From positions 1-32,013 of the forward strand of contig NW_021832765.1 in assembly GCF_006345805.1 (NCBI RefSeq): a DNA stretch of 32,013 nucleotides, written 5' to 3'. The notes beneath the pieces were generated by a model. That model was given only the letters and a program-made list of their open reading frames with translations. It did not search any database and was not told where the DNA came from. Shown here piece by piece: positions 1-10,669 of this stretch; position 1 is the first letter of the stretch; every line of letters begins with the position of its first letter. A program made the translations under genes and the position numbers. Source of the stretch: Octopus sinensis. Taxonomy: Eukaryota.

Positions 1-174
1 AAACACTCCGCACCCTCGCCCCTGAAGACCTTTTTTCCTGTCCTGGGCCGCCTCACCAGTCGCCACCTATTGGGATTCGGGATCTCTGGGAGCGCCCGAT
101 CGCCGCTGTCCGCTACCTGATTGCAGCCGGCTTCCTACATGTTAGAGAAACCGGGGTAACTAACTAACTAACTA
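1..174 (+). mobile_element. 3' end of a non-LTR retrotransposon (I/Jockey-group-like ORF2 C-terminus) with (TAAC)n tail
   Basis: Frame reads ..EDLFSCPG..DLWERPIAAVRYLIAAGFL, similar to the C-terminus of the LINE at 30570-31013 (HLFRCP..LWEQPAKALLFLLAAGLIP). It is followed by gagaaaccgggg and (taac)4 at 157-172. Confidence 0.8.
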
Positions 175-921
175 TTTTTAACATTGACAAAATTGTTGAA
201 AAATTTTGCAACAATAGTGACAGTATCTCTGTAAAGATGCTCAAACCTTTGCAGACGTAGTAAAGGATTAATTCCATAGTTCGATCGATGAATTCCTATC
301 ATTTTATTTATCTTTTCATAATAAACAGAAGTCAGATCTACCCGAAGAAAATCAAATTCGTACTCACCTTTTGTAAAATTATAAAGCTTTATTACATTTT
401 TCGTGAATGTCTTTACCGTCTGGCTATTTTGATTTAGCAATATTATGCACACTTTCCAATTTTTCGCCGCCGTCTGTCTCCGTTACAGTATTTTTCTCAA
501 TGGTGTTGTAGCCCGGGATCCCTCGATATCTTTGAAACGGACTAACACCCACCGAAAAAATAAAAGCACAAATTTACCTGTGTATGAATGGGGCGTTTGA
601 TTGTATAAAAACATAGTGCAAAGTCCATCCAGAGCATTATGCCCACAATGGTTTGTTTCGTGGATTTCTTAAGCAATGATTTTCATTTCTTCTGAACTTG
701 TTAAAGCTATAACGAGCTTGTGAAGTCTATTAATATTTCGCAGATATACCTTTCCGTCAATAAGAATAAAATTTTCAGCTTTCTTTTTTAGTCGGAATTT
801 TTTAACTTTCGAAATATCTGCGTCTTGACCTTCAAGAACAAATTTCAGTAGATTGTACTCTGCATCAACTTTAACAAACATCTAACATTATTATATTAAT
901 GTGGATTATTAGTGTTTAGAC

Positions 922-1857
922 CAGGGGTTCTCAACCTTTTTAGCTCAAGGGCCAAATCGATAATTAAGATTAGCTTTGCGGGCCGCACAAAAAATATTTT
1001 ATATATTTTTATTTTTTCCATTTTGGACACTATAGTGAGTAATAATAAACCGGACATTTTTGTCTTCGACAAAGTTTGGAATATTATTACGCTTATCGAA
1101 ATTGGGATTACTTCTCAGCAATCCTTGAAGCAAGTAGAAGTAGAAGTAGAAAAATTACATAAATATGACCTTTTGGCGAACGAATTGAAGGTAATCCATA
1201 ACGCAAAAGTGAATATCATACCTTTGGTTATTACGTGGGATGGAATAACATCCAGATTCTATAAACATTACCAGAACTCCTTGCAAGTACAGGAATCTAC
1301 GTGAGCTTATATCCAGTCAATCGTGATAAAGAGAACATTGGAAAGCATGCGCCCGGAGTATAAACTCCTTCCTACAGCGACGAAGCATGCAATTAAATCG
1401 GACTCGAGAACAATCACAAAAGTGGCCTGCCCTGTAAAATGGATAAATGTACCCGTCGAAGACACTTGCTCGGGCTCGAAGAGGAGGAGAATTGACTGAA
1501 AGCAGACGCAATAATTAAAAATCAATTTTATCTGGACTTTTCAAATAAATAAAATTACGTAAATTTTTCCATTTTACTAAATATTGATTCGCATAAATAT
1601 GTAGATTCATATATGCATTGTGTGTTATATTTTTGAATTTGTCTTGAGGAATTAATTCGTAAAAATTAATAATTGACGCATTTTTGAACAATGCCGCCAG
1701 TTCTATATCATGTTGTAAATTATTGAGTTAACCTTAAGAATGAATAATTAAATTTAAACATTATTAAAAAATTAAAAAAGTTAGTTACTCTAGAGGGGCC
1801 GCAAAAAAAATTCTGGGGGCCACATGCGGCCCCGGGGGCCGCATTTGAGAACCGCTG
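922..1857. mobile_element. Non-autonomous hAT (Buster/Charlie-type) element
   Basis: TIRs caggggttctcaa (922) and ttgagaaccgctg (1857). Perfect 8-bp TSD gtttagac at 914-921 and 1858-1865, with GGCCGC-rich subterminal motifs. Confidence 0.93.
1025..1563 (+). mobile_element. 5'-truncated R4/Dong-like RLE retrotransposon nested in the hAT
   Basis: NNKPDIFVFDK..IEIGITS..EKLHKYDLLANEL is a PD-(D/E)xK restriction-like endonuclease motif, homologous to 27415-27921. The insert is flanked by an apparent ~12-bp TSD tttttccatttt (~1013-1024 and ~1564-1575). Confidence 0.85.
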
Positions 1858-1884
1858 GTTTAGACAGCTGTCAGTGTTATGACA

Positions 1885-2060
1885 GTGTATTCTTATACAA
1901 AGAATAGGTGAAAAAGAACCAGAAGATCTCCAGTAACTCTTGAGAATTACAAAAACAAAATGGGATGAAATACAAAATGCTCATATAGAAAATCTTTATC
2001 AATCACTTCCGAATAGGATGATCGATGTTTTAAAGAATAAAAGAGGTAAAATTAATTAGT
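1885..2060 (+). mobile_element. Tc1-family transposase C-terminal remnant
   Basis: Translation ..TKWDEIQNAHIENLYQSLPNRMIDVLKNKRGKIN* matches the Tc1 terminal W..I....I..L..SMP.R...V...KG motif. One internal stop is present. Confidence 0.75.
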
Positions 2061-2189
2061 TTTTAAATAAGATATTTTCATTGAATAAAGTTGTATTTTT
2101 GATGCTGTTAATCACTGGTCCGGAACATATGCACGGGTCAAAATTAAGTGATTGTTAAAAATTCAATATTGTATTAATATTCAAATTTG

Positions 2190-2640
2190 TAAAGTGTTTA
2201 AAACCATTTGGAACGTGGCCAAGGGTGACGCTGTCGAATCTTTTGAAGAATATGATCAAAAAGATCTAAACAACCTCATTAAATTCTACGCAAAAACAGC
2301 ACACAAGAAACACAGGAAATCGGATTCACTTCTCTGAAACAGAAGTCTAAAGAAACGGGCGGATCCGCTTGTCCTCTCAGTAAAAGAGGAGGAGAATACC
2401 TTGACTCCACAAAAACGTCGTACTCTCACGGCTCGGACAAAATACCGGTCATTCTATTAAAAAATCTTGGTGTCGAAGGAATCACATTTCTAACGGGTAT
2501 CTTCAACTACTCAAGCTGGACCTCAGTCTGTTTCCAAACGCCCCGACAAATGGGTTCGATCTTTTGTAGGCTGGTGGAAAGATCACCGAGCGAGGATGAG
2601 GTCCCTGGTTGAGTCCATCGGGATCACGTGACGTTTGTTC
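2190..2640 (+). mobile_element. Internally deleted LINE remnant of the 'GIT*' family
   Basis: Pre-RT motif GSDKIPVILLKNLGVEGITFLTGIFNYS at ~2430-2513, then C-terminus DHRARMRSLVESIGIT* (stop 2629-2631). Boundaries are approximate. Confidence 0.7.
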
Positions 2641-3074
2641 GGTTTTTGCCGTAGTCTTTGTGATTAAAAAAAATCAAAATAAATAAAATAACATATAAGC
2701 AAAGCAATTCAAATACAAAATTAGGATAGTTTAGTTGACTATAATTAAGCAATTCGAACTAAATAATTTACATTAAAAAATAATACTTTAATTTAAAAAA
2801 AAAATTTACAAAATTCGATATGTACTTTAATTTTTGATAAAAATACTCAGTTTTTGACTAAAGCAAGAAAATTCAATAAATAATCAAAAATACTAAAAAA
2901 ATATAAATATAGTGAAGATATTTTACAAGTACTCAATTTAATTAATCTTCAAAAAATAAATAAATAAAGTATTGATAAAAAGAAGAAATAGAATAAATTA
3001 TTATATTTATTATACTTGATTTTATTTAACTATATTAATTAACTCAAATATATATTTTATATTCATATCTGATA

Positions 3075-3575
3075 ATGATTACTACACAACAAAGATCACC
3101 AAATCGTTGTGACCCCGGACATATCAGGACTTCTTCCTTTCTCATACAAATCGGGACATTTGTAAATAAAAAATTCCATTTTAGATCATTTCAGTTTCAG
3201 TATTAATCACATCCAGCTTGAATGACAGATTTATTAGACATGGGAAAGAATATATTCTGTTTTGTGGAGCGACGTCGCTGATTTTCAGTATCCTGCACTT
3301 TCTATTTTATTTTCTCAAAATAAATACAAAATTCGGATATTCTCGTCAAAGATTTATCGAAATGATAATATATTTTGGATTTACAATTCTATATTTTATA
3401 ACCTTAGTCATTTTAGGAGCTGATAGTGAGCCTTGGCACTACGATATTGGCAGAGGGATAGTCTTCGTTACAGCAGTATTAATGTTTTTATAATTTGTTT
3501 TAGTTTTTCTGTTGTTTTGGTACAGTACTCAATGGTTATTGTGCTTATATGTCGTATGTCGACGTATATATATAA
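3075..3575 (+). CDS. MARVEL-domain (CMTM/plasmolipin-like) four-TM protein, 3 exons
   Basis: Exons 3075-3161, 3185-3475 and 3504-3575, with introns 3162-3184 (23 nt) and 3476-3503 (28 nt). The spliced protein of ~149 aa has four hydrophobic helices and ends FFCCFGTVLNGYCAYMSYVDVYI*. Confidence 0.7.
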
Positions 3576-3979
3576 AATAATAAACTTTTTAAAGTTTTTG
3601 GTCTTGTTTTTTTGATTTAATTAAAATATTCAAACATAGACATTAATAGATAATTTTATTGCTCCAATCAATGTGGTGTAACCACCGATTAGAATAAAAA
3701 TGATAAAATATTTAAACAGTTTGATAAAAAATTATCCAAATTTCTCGACTATTTACCATTAAATTTAATATCGACTATTTATCATCTTAAAAAATAATTA
3801 AATTTAATTTTGAATTTAATTTTGATTACATATTTATGTGGGTATTAAAACTGTCTAAGAACAACACGCGTATCGTCTCCAATCTGTCATTTGAAAATAA
3901 AAAATGAGGCATTATTGAACCATCCTCTCATATTATATAATAATGATATCATATTAATAGAGAAAAACTTTAAAAAAAA

Positions 3980-4429
3980 TTATTCGACTAGGCTAAGGGC
4001 AGTCTCCAGTTGACTCTGGTGATCTTCTAGGAAAGTAAAATCGGCCACAAACCTGTTCCATCAAAACATGTCAAGGCACGAGGGAATTTTGAATTGAACA
4101 GCTTTTTTGGGAACATGGCTGGACTCAACTCAAAGTCGACCTCATCCTCAGGGAAAGGCAGAGACTCGGAATTGTCCTGTCGTGCATAAGACAATACAAA
4201 CGAGTGATTCCATGTCGTATAGTGTGGATAGATGCTCCCATATCTCGGCTGGGGAGACTTGAGAGTTGATGGGGCATATTTGGTTGTACTTTCTGCAGGC
4301 AAATATCATTCGAAAATGTTTATTGACTCCTTTCATTAAGGATATGTCATTACCCACTGGCTTGGTTCTCTTTAGTGCTGAGAATAAATATATTTCGTTC
4401 TTCCGGTCAAGTAATGTTCTTTCCGCCAT
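3980..4429 (-). CDS. MRGBP: MRG/MORF4L-binding protein (Eaf7 family; NuA4/TIP60 subunit)
   Basis: Spliced sequence EIYLFSALKRTKPVG|VNKHFRMI..EIWEHLSTLYDMESL|DNSESLPFP matches the Eaf7/MRGBP motifs (KPVGVNRHFHM, IWDHLSTMYDM). Introns are 4330-4353 (24 nt), 4177-4201 (25 nt) and probably 4027-4052 (26 nt). Confidence 0.9.
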
Positions 4430-5043
4430 AACACACAAAAAACAATTTATTTAAATGATAATTTATTATTTTATAAACTTAATTTATTTATTAAACACAA
4501 CATTTTGTTTTCTAAATATTATCTCATTTCTGTCTCAAAATTGAAATATTCATTTTGTTGTTCGTGCATCGACATGTAAGCAGAAATCGAAATTTGAATT
4601 ATTTGTCTATCATGGCTAATATATTTGCAATTAAATAATGAATTTAAATAATATTTGTACTCAGCAATTTGTAAGCTGCGGTCTAGCGACAAAAAATTTG
4701 ACCCTATTAATCTTTTTAATCATTTTTATGTTCGAATTGTTTATTTATTCCATTTATATCATTTCTAATGTTCAAATTATTCTGTTTTTTTTGTTGTTCT
4801 GAAAATAGTTGATCGTTTACATAAAAGATAGTAAAGATTATTTAAAATATCAATCTTTGATTAAATTTAACTCATTTTTTTTTAAATTTGTTTAATTTAA
4901 TAATATGATTAAACAAATATGTGATTGAAGTTACTTTTTTTACCTCATAACTGATAATAAAAGTAAAAAACGAACACCTTATATTACGACTCATATACAA
5001 GTAATTTTTGAAAAATTTTAACTTCAAAAATTTGAAAATTACA

Positions 5044-5246
5044 TTATTTTTTATCATTATAAGTCGACGCGGTAATAAGTTTTATCCATTCAGTCATTTC
5101 TTGGTAATTTTCTGCATTTAAATCGACTTTGAATTCAAGTTCTGAACTAATCATTTGCAATAGTCACCTTTGTAATTTATCGAAAATGAAAAAGGACTGT
5201 AATTTATTAAATTTATTGTGAATTGCTCCAAAATAAACAGCCCAAC
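5044..5246 (-). pseudogene. Possible PH-domain exon remnant
   Basis: With a 21-nt intron removed it reads GWAVYFGAIHNKFNKLQSFFIFDKLQS|SELEFKVDLNAENYQEMTEWIKLIT, resembling the PH C-terminal helix (L.A....EM.EWI..I). The upstream intron is interrupted by the hAT at 5262. The rest of the gene could not be rebuilt. Confidence 0.4.
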
Positions 5247-5261
5247 CTATAATGTAATAAG

Positions 5262-6030
5262 TAGGGCCAACATTTTTTTAACCTTAAAAATTGAAAAATT
5301 TAACCTTAAAAAGTTAACTTTATTAACCTATAAACCAAAATTTTTAACCTTAAAATTAAAAAAATTTAACTTTATTTATTCTCAGGTTAAACCTGTAAAG
5401 TATAAATAAGAAACAATAAAATACTTTAAAGACTATTCATAACATAATTTTCCAAATTTTGTGTAGCAAAGTTTCTGTTTGACCTCATAAAACTCCTAAA
5501 TTGCGAAAAGCATCGTTCGATAGATGCCGAGGATGGTTCACAGTTTTGAAGTAACGAATAATCTTCCGGAGAAATATTTTTATTATCTATATTAATAATT
5601 TTAGTCATATCGCTCTCAAAAATTCTCTTCTCTAAATATTTTTTGATCCCTGCTTCATCCTTCCCGAAGTCAAGTGTACTTAACGTCGAATATGCAAATT
5701 CTATTGTACATTCGTTACTTTCAAGTTGTAATATTTTCTCTATGAGATTAATTACTATATGAAAAACCTGGAATATGTGAATATTTATGCGAAATTGCAC
5801 ATAAGCCTTTTACTAGTTTTTCACTTTTCAATGCATTTTTGGTGGCAGTCACTAGTATTCCTTCGTCCTCAATCAAATCAAAAATGATAATATGATATTT
5901 TTTGTTGGCGCGGATTCGATTGGCTTGAATGAGACCAAATAAGTATTTTGGATTTTTTGAAAAAAGAATCAAATTACGTTCATTTATTATCATTGTTAGT
6001 TTATAGTGGCTCGTCAAATATAATTGATTA
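5262..6030 (-). mobile_element. CGGBP1-like hAT transposon, 3' part
   Basis: Terminus tagggcc at 5262 and taacct subterminal repeats at ~5279-5395. Transposase C-terminus CEPSSASIERCFSQFRSFMRSNRNFATQNLE. A 28-nt intron at 5740-5767 joins ORFs 5748-6017 and 5426-5800. The right boundary was not found. Confidence 0.75.
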
Positions 6031-7045
6031 CAATTAGGATTATTCCTGTAAAATAAATTTTAAACAAAATCATTTTTTATAATAAAAAAATTATGCAAAA
6101 TGTTATTTTTAATTAAATAAACTTTTTTAACTAAACTCAAGCAGAAAATGATAAGAACTTAACTAATTCATTCATCCTCATTTCTGGAAATTTTGAACAA
6201 AAGTCATTTTTAATAATAAATGTCTTATAATAAAATTATGAAACAAATTATCCTATAAAAAATATAATTTTATTAGGTAAATTTTGAATTGTATGGAACC
6301 ACCAATATTTAAAATGAAACAAATAGTTTTACTTAATATTGGAAAAATAATGAATAAATATATTATAAATTTAATATTTAAGATCCAAAATGAAATTTTG
6401 TTGGATAGTTCTCAACAATTTCCTTAACTCTTAAACAAATCCCATATAACTATTAAACTCAAAGCGTTATTTCTTGAAATTAACCAGTTCTTACTTTTTC
6501 GACCAGCACAACAGTTAGAATGCAAAGTGAGGTAATTAAAGACTTTGTATCGAAACAAAATAATTTGTATAATGCCAAGATTAATGTGAATTGTTAAATA
6601 TTAATAAAAATCAATTTAGACCTAATTAGGCATTTCCAACACAATGAAAGTCGTGAAGACAACGTCAATTAGAGCGTCTGAATAACTAAAATTTATTCTA
6701 ATGAAAACAGATGTCTATCTATTTTACGAATTTTACTTTGATTTAAATAGTCTTTATTGGATTTATAATTTGTTTTTATAACGAACTAAATTTAAGCTCT
6801 AATCGAAGAGATTAAAATCATACAAAAAGAGTTTTATTGAAATTTCTTTAAAAGTGAAAAAAAATTTTAATTTCTGTTGAAATTACTACAGTTAGATCTT
6901 AACTGTCATCTTGAGCACGACTCATCATTTCATTTTGATTATCTTTGCTGTCATTTTTCATTGTTTTTGTTTAATGATCGTTATTTTTGATTGATATTCT
7001 AAACTACCGTAGTTTAGGCTAAATTTGGAATTTTCTTTCCATTAA

Positions 7046-9174
7046 ATGCATTTTGGAATAAACAAATTTTTGTTTCTGAATTTGATTATATTTATACATA
7101 CTGACGATCATGTCTGTAACTTCTCAATCGCAGAAGACTCGGCTAACGTGGGAGTGGAAGTTGGGAATGTCCGAGAACAGTTTCCCAATCGAATAAGTGA
7201 TACCGACAAGTCTCTCGTTCTGTTCCAATGGGCCGACTGGTGTGACATCTGCAGATATTTTGATGTCAATTCCGACGGTACAATACAAATTATTCACAAA
7301 CTCGACCGAGAAAGCGGACTTCTTCGAGAATATTGTGCAAAGAATGAAATATGTAAACTCTCACTACATCTTATTATCTATGAGGGAAAAGTTTTGCACA
7401 AAAACACAATAGACACGTGTTTATATTTGGTCGATGTCAATGATAATTTTCCCGCCATTGATTGGAATGGAGAAGACAGATTTTTAAGAATTACAGAAAA
7501 TCAACTCCCCAGAAACCCCCTTGGACAATTCTCCGTAACTGATGAAGATGCAGGAAAAAACGGAGAAGTGACGTGCAAAGTTCTCACAGAGGATTTTGCT
7601 CTCAAACAAAAATTATCAAAAGTCCAGTCTTACAAAAAACGGAAAATTTATGATTTCATTTTTACGGGAATGAGAGCTTTTGATTACGAAAAAAATCAAA
7701 AAATAGAAGTAAAAATTGAATGCTCTGACCACGGCTCACCCTCCAAAACCAGTACTGACTTAGTAACTGTAAATATCGACGACGAGAACGACTGCAAGCC
7801 AGAATTTACAAAGAACCATTACACTTTGTCAATTCCTGAAAATAAAATCATGAAAATACAAAACGCAGTACTTGCGACTGATCGAGACTTGACCTTTCCA
7901 AATAATCACGTGACATATTATGTAGAGAGATACTCAAATTTGTTTCGGGTTTCCAGTAACGGTACTTTAGAAGTGTTGCAAGAACTTGACTATGAATATC
8001 AGCAACAATATCAATTTAAAATATTTGCATTCGATGGTGGTGTAATGCCGAATCGGTATTCCTCTTCTGCAATGATCACTGTCGTGGTTGTCGACGAAAA
8101 TGACAACTCTCCGCTTTTTTCCTCTGATCATTATTATTTTAAAATTCGAGAAGATCATGTCATAGACTCAGAAATTGGAAGGATTCAGGCAAAGGATGAG
8201 GATTCAGGACAAAATGGGAAAATCAGTTATTTTCTTCGTCAAAAATTATTTTCGGAAAATTGTTCTCATTATTTTAAAATCGAGAAGGAGAGTGGGGTAT
8301 TAATACTTCAAAAACCACTCGATGCACACGAATTTTCCGCGTGTGATTTTTCAGTGCTTGCCAAGGACGGCGGCACATTAAAACAATTTGAGACTTTGTG
8401 TAAAGTGACCGTCGAAATCGAAGACATCAACAACCACAAACCCGAAATAATTTCGCCAATCAATAAAATAATACAACTTGAAAATATTACTGAGTCTCAA
8501 ATAGTCACAAGGATTGTTGCTACAGATGGAGATATTGGACTAAACGCACTTTTGAATTATGAAATCATACAAGGACGATTCCGTCACTATTTTACCATTG
8601 ACGAAGTTTCAGGAGAAATTCGTTTGCAGAAATCCACGTTGCCTCCAGAAAATTTTCAAATGACAATCCGAGTCAGTGATAACGGAGTAGACAAAGAGCA
8701 AGAAACATTTATAACTCTGCAAATCATAGTGGATAATTCTAAAACACAAAAGTCTTCGATTGATTCAATATTTATGTGGTCTCTAATTCCCATTCTTGGA
8801 ATTCTAATCTTATTGGGAGTTTTGGTTTGTCGAAGGTGGGCTGTAAGGGTCAGCAAAGCCGAGGATCCCGACATTGGGAGACAATTCTTAAATGGAAAAC
8901 AATCAGTTGCTCGTTGAGTTATTCAACCTTAGGAACTTGTTTATGAGAGTGGTAGAAATAAAGCAAAGATTACTTCCATTGCAGAGTTGCTGCAAATGTC
9001 AAATAAAAGTTGATTTTTTAATATTATTTTGTAGATTTTCAATTTGAAAACGACAATAAAAATGGAAATTACACTTTAGTGAATTATCCGAGTTTTTCGG
9101 ATCACGCGAAAAAAGATAACAATTTTAAAAACCAGGAAAATCAAGAATTTCAATACTTTACGTCTATAGTTTGA
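7046..9174 (+). CDS. Protocadherin (delta1-like) with five EC repeats, TM segment and short cytoplasmic tail
   Basis: Signal peptide; EC1 with LDRE..C-x5-C; linkers DVNDNFP, DENDCKP, DENDNSP and DINNHKP; TM IFMWSLIPILGILILLGVLVC. Introns 8906-8932 (27 nt) and 9009-9034 (26 nt) extend the ORF to ..FQYFTSIV* at 9174. Confidence 0.9.
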
Positions 9175-9394
9175 AATATTAAATTTATTAAAAAAACGAA
9201 AATTTATAACTTGTTTGTTAAAATTATGATTTAAAAATATTAAAAGATAATTTTACACTGAATATTACTATTTTCAAATTAATATATACACTTAAATTGT
9301 ATTAAATAATTAAAATTACGTATTATTAAAATTTCCGCGTGATAGTTTCTGTGTGACAAATTTAGGAATTAATTTTTAGTGAAAAATATATAAA

Positions 9395-10531
9395 ATGAAC
9401 ACAGAACTAAACCAAATGATTTGTGGATATGTAAGCAATCATTACCCAGCACAAATAAGTCAGCTTTCTAAAGCAATGAACATCGTAATACCCACAATAT
9501 ATATTATAGACAAAAAACAACTTTAAATACACTTTATCTAATGTCTTTGATCTCTACAAAACGTACTTTATTTTTATATTCAAGAATCGAAAAAATGACT
9601 TCTCAAATAGGAAATGTTAAAGAAGAAAAGAAAACTCAACAAATTCAAAAAACCACCCCAAAAATCCCCGTCAAAGAATCGGAATCCTCGTCTGATAGTT
9701 CTAGTGACGAAATCGGTGACAAATAAATTTTATTTAATCAGAAATTCCCGCTCCTGTTACAACAAAACCTGTAAAAACTGAAGAAAAAAAGAAAATTCCA
9801 CTTCCTGTCGAAGATTCGTCCTCCTCCGAATCCTCGACCGACAATTTTCCAATCCAAAATATTTTACCAACAAAAAAATCCCCAAAAATTGTTATTCCCA
9901 CTCCAAGTCTTTTTTGACACTTTTTTGTAGAAAATTCGTCCTCGGAGAGTTCGAGTGAAGGTCCCTGTCCTCCAATAAAAAATCCAATCCAAGCAACTAA
10001 GAGACCTCCCACTGAGGAATTGAACTCCTCGAATAAAAAGCCCGTCAAAACAGCAGAGGTGTCCCCTGTGATATCCTCCTCGAAGAAATTAAAGGTCCCA
10101 GAACTCAAAAACGTGTCAAGTTCTTCATCGGAGAGTGTGGATGAGGAATATATCAAAGCTGTGACTAAAAAAAGTGCAAAGTCGCCAGCTAAGACTGACA
10201 TGTCGGTCACTTCTGAGGTGTCTGTGAGTAAAAAAAAGTCAAAAAAGAGCAAATCTGGAACTGAGGTGGAGAATTGGATTGTTTTATTTAATAGTCCAAT
10301 AATGCAAGTCAGAGGATTGACGAAAATGTGTACGTGCCGGTCAAATTGTCGGATAATTCATTTGAGGCCAAGCCTGGGTTGAAGGGGTCGTTGGGAGAGA
10401 AGGCACATTCCAAGCTAAAGAACGTGACGGGCAAGTCCTTCAAGAAGGAGAAGGACAAGGGGAAGAAGGGCAAGATTCCTGGGGGCAAAATCGACACTAG
10501 TGTCAATTCGGTTAAATTTGATTCCGAGTGA
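9395..10531 (+). CDS. NOLC1: Nucleolar phosphoprotein Nopp140/SRP40 homolog, 6 exons
   Basis: Alternating Ser/acidic and Lys/Pro tracts, then the SRP40_C domain DNSFEAK..GEKA..LK..GKSFKKEK..VNSVKFDSE*. Introns 9485-9509, 9563-9584, 9716-9741, 9907-9930 and 10266-10294 give one continuous frame. Confidence 0.9.
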
Positions 10532-10669
10532 TTTTTTCATTTTTTTGTTACTTGATTTTTTCATTTTATTATTAATTAATTGATTTAATTATGTAATTAT
10601 TTAAAATATATTTGAAATGTGTTTTTCAAATTGTTTCTTGTAGGTTTTGTGTGTTATATGTTTTTAGTG

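Larger units (their letters stand above)
175..1884 (-). mobile_element. Decayed Ginger-like (Gypsy-integrase-type) DNA transposon, internally deleted, with a nested hAT
   Basis: ORF 669-881 continues past a TAA into EIHETNHCGHNA (integrase H2C2 zinc domain) and then jumps to YNQTPHSYTG|VSPFQRYRG (end of the rve core). A candidate TGT terminus (TGTCATAAC on minus) lies at 1884 once the hAT is removed. The left boundary is approximate. Confidence 0.6.

Noticed and set aside
912-1304. 130-aa ORF as a gene
   Set aside because: Chimera of a hAT terminus and a truncated RLE retrotransposon.
9734-10252. 172-aa minus-strand ORF
   Set aside because: Antisense shadow of the low-complexity NOLC1 exons.
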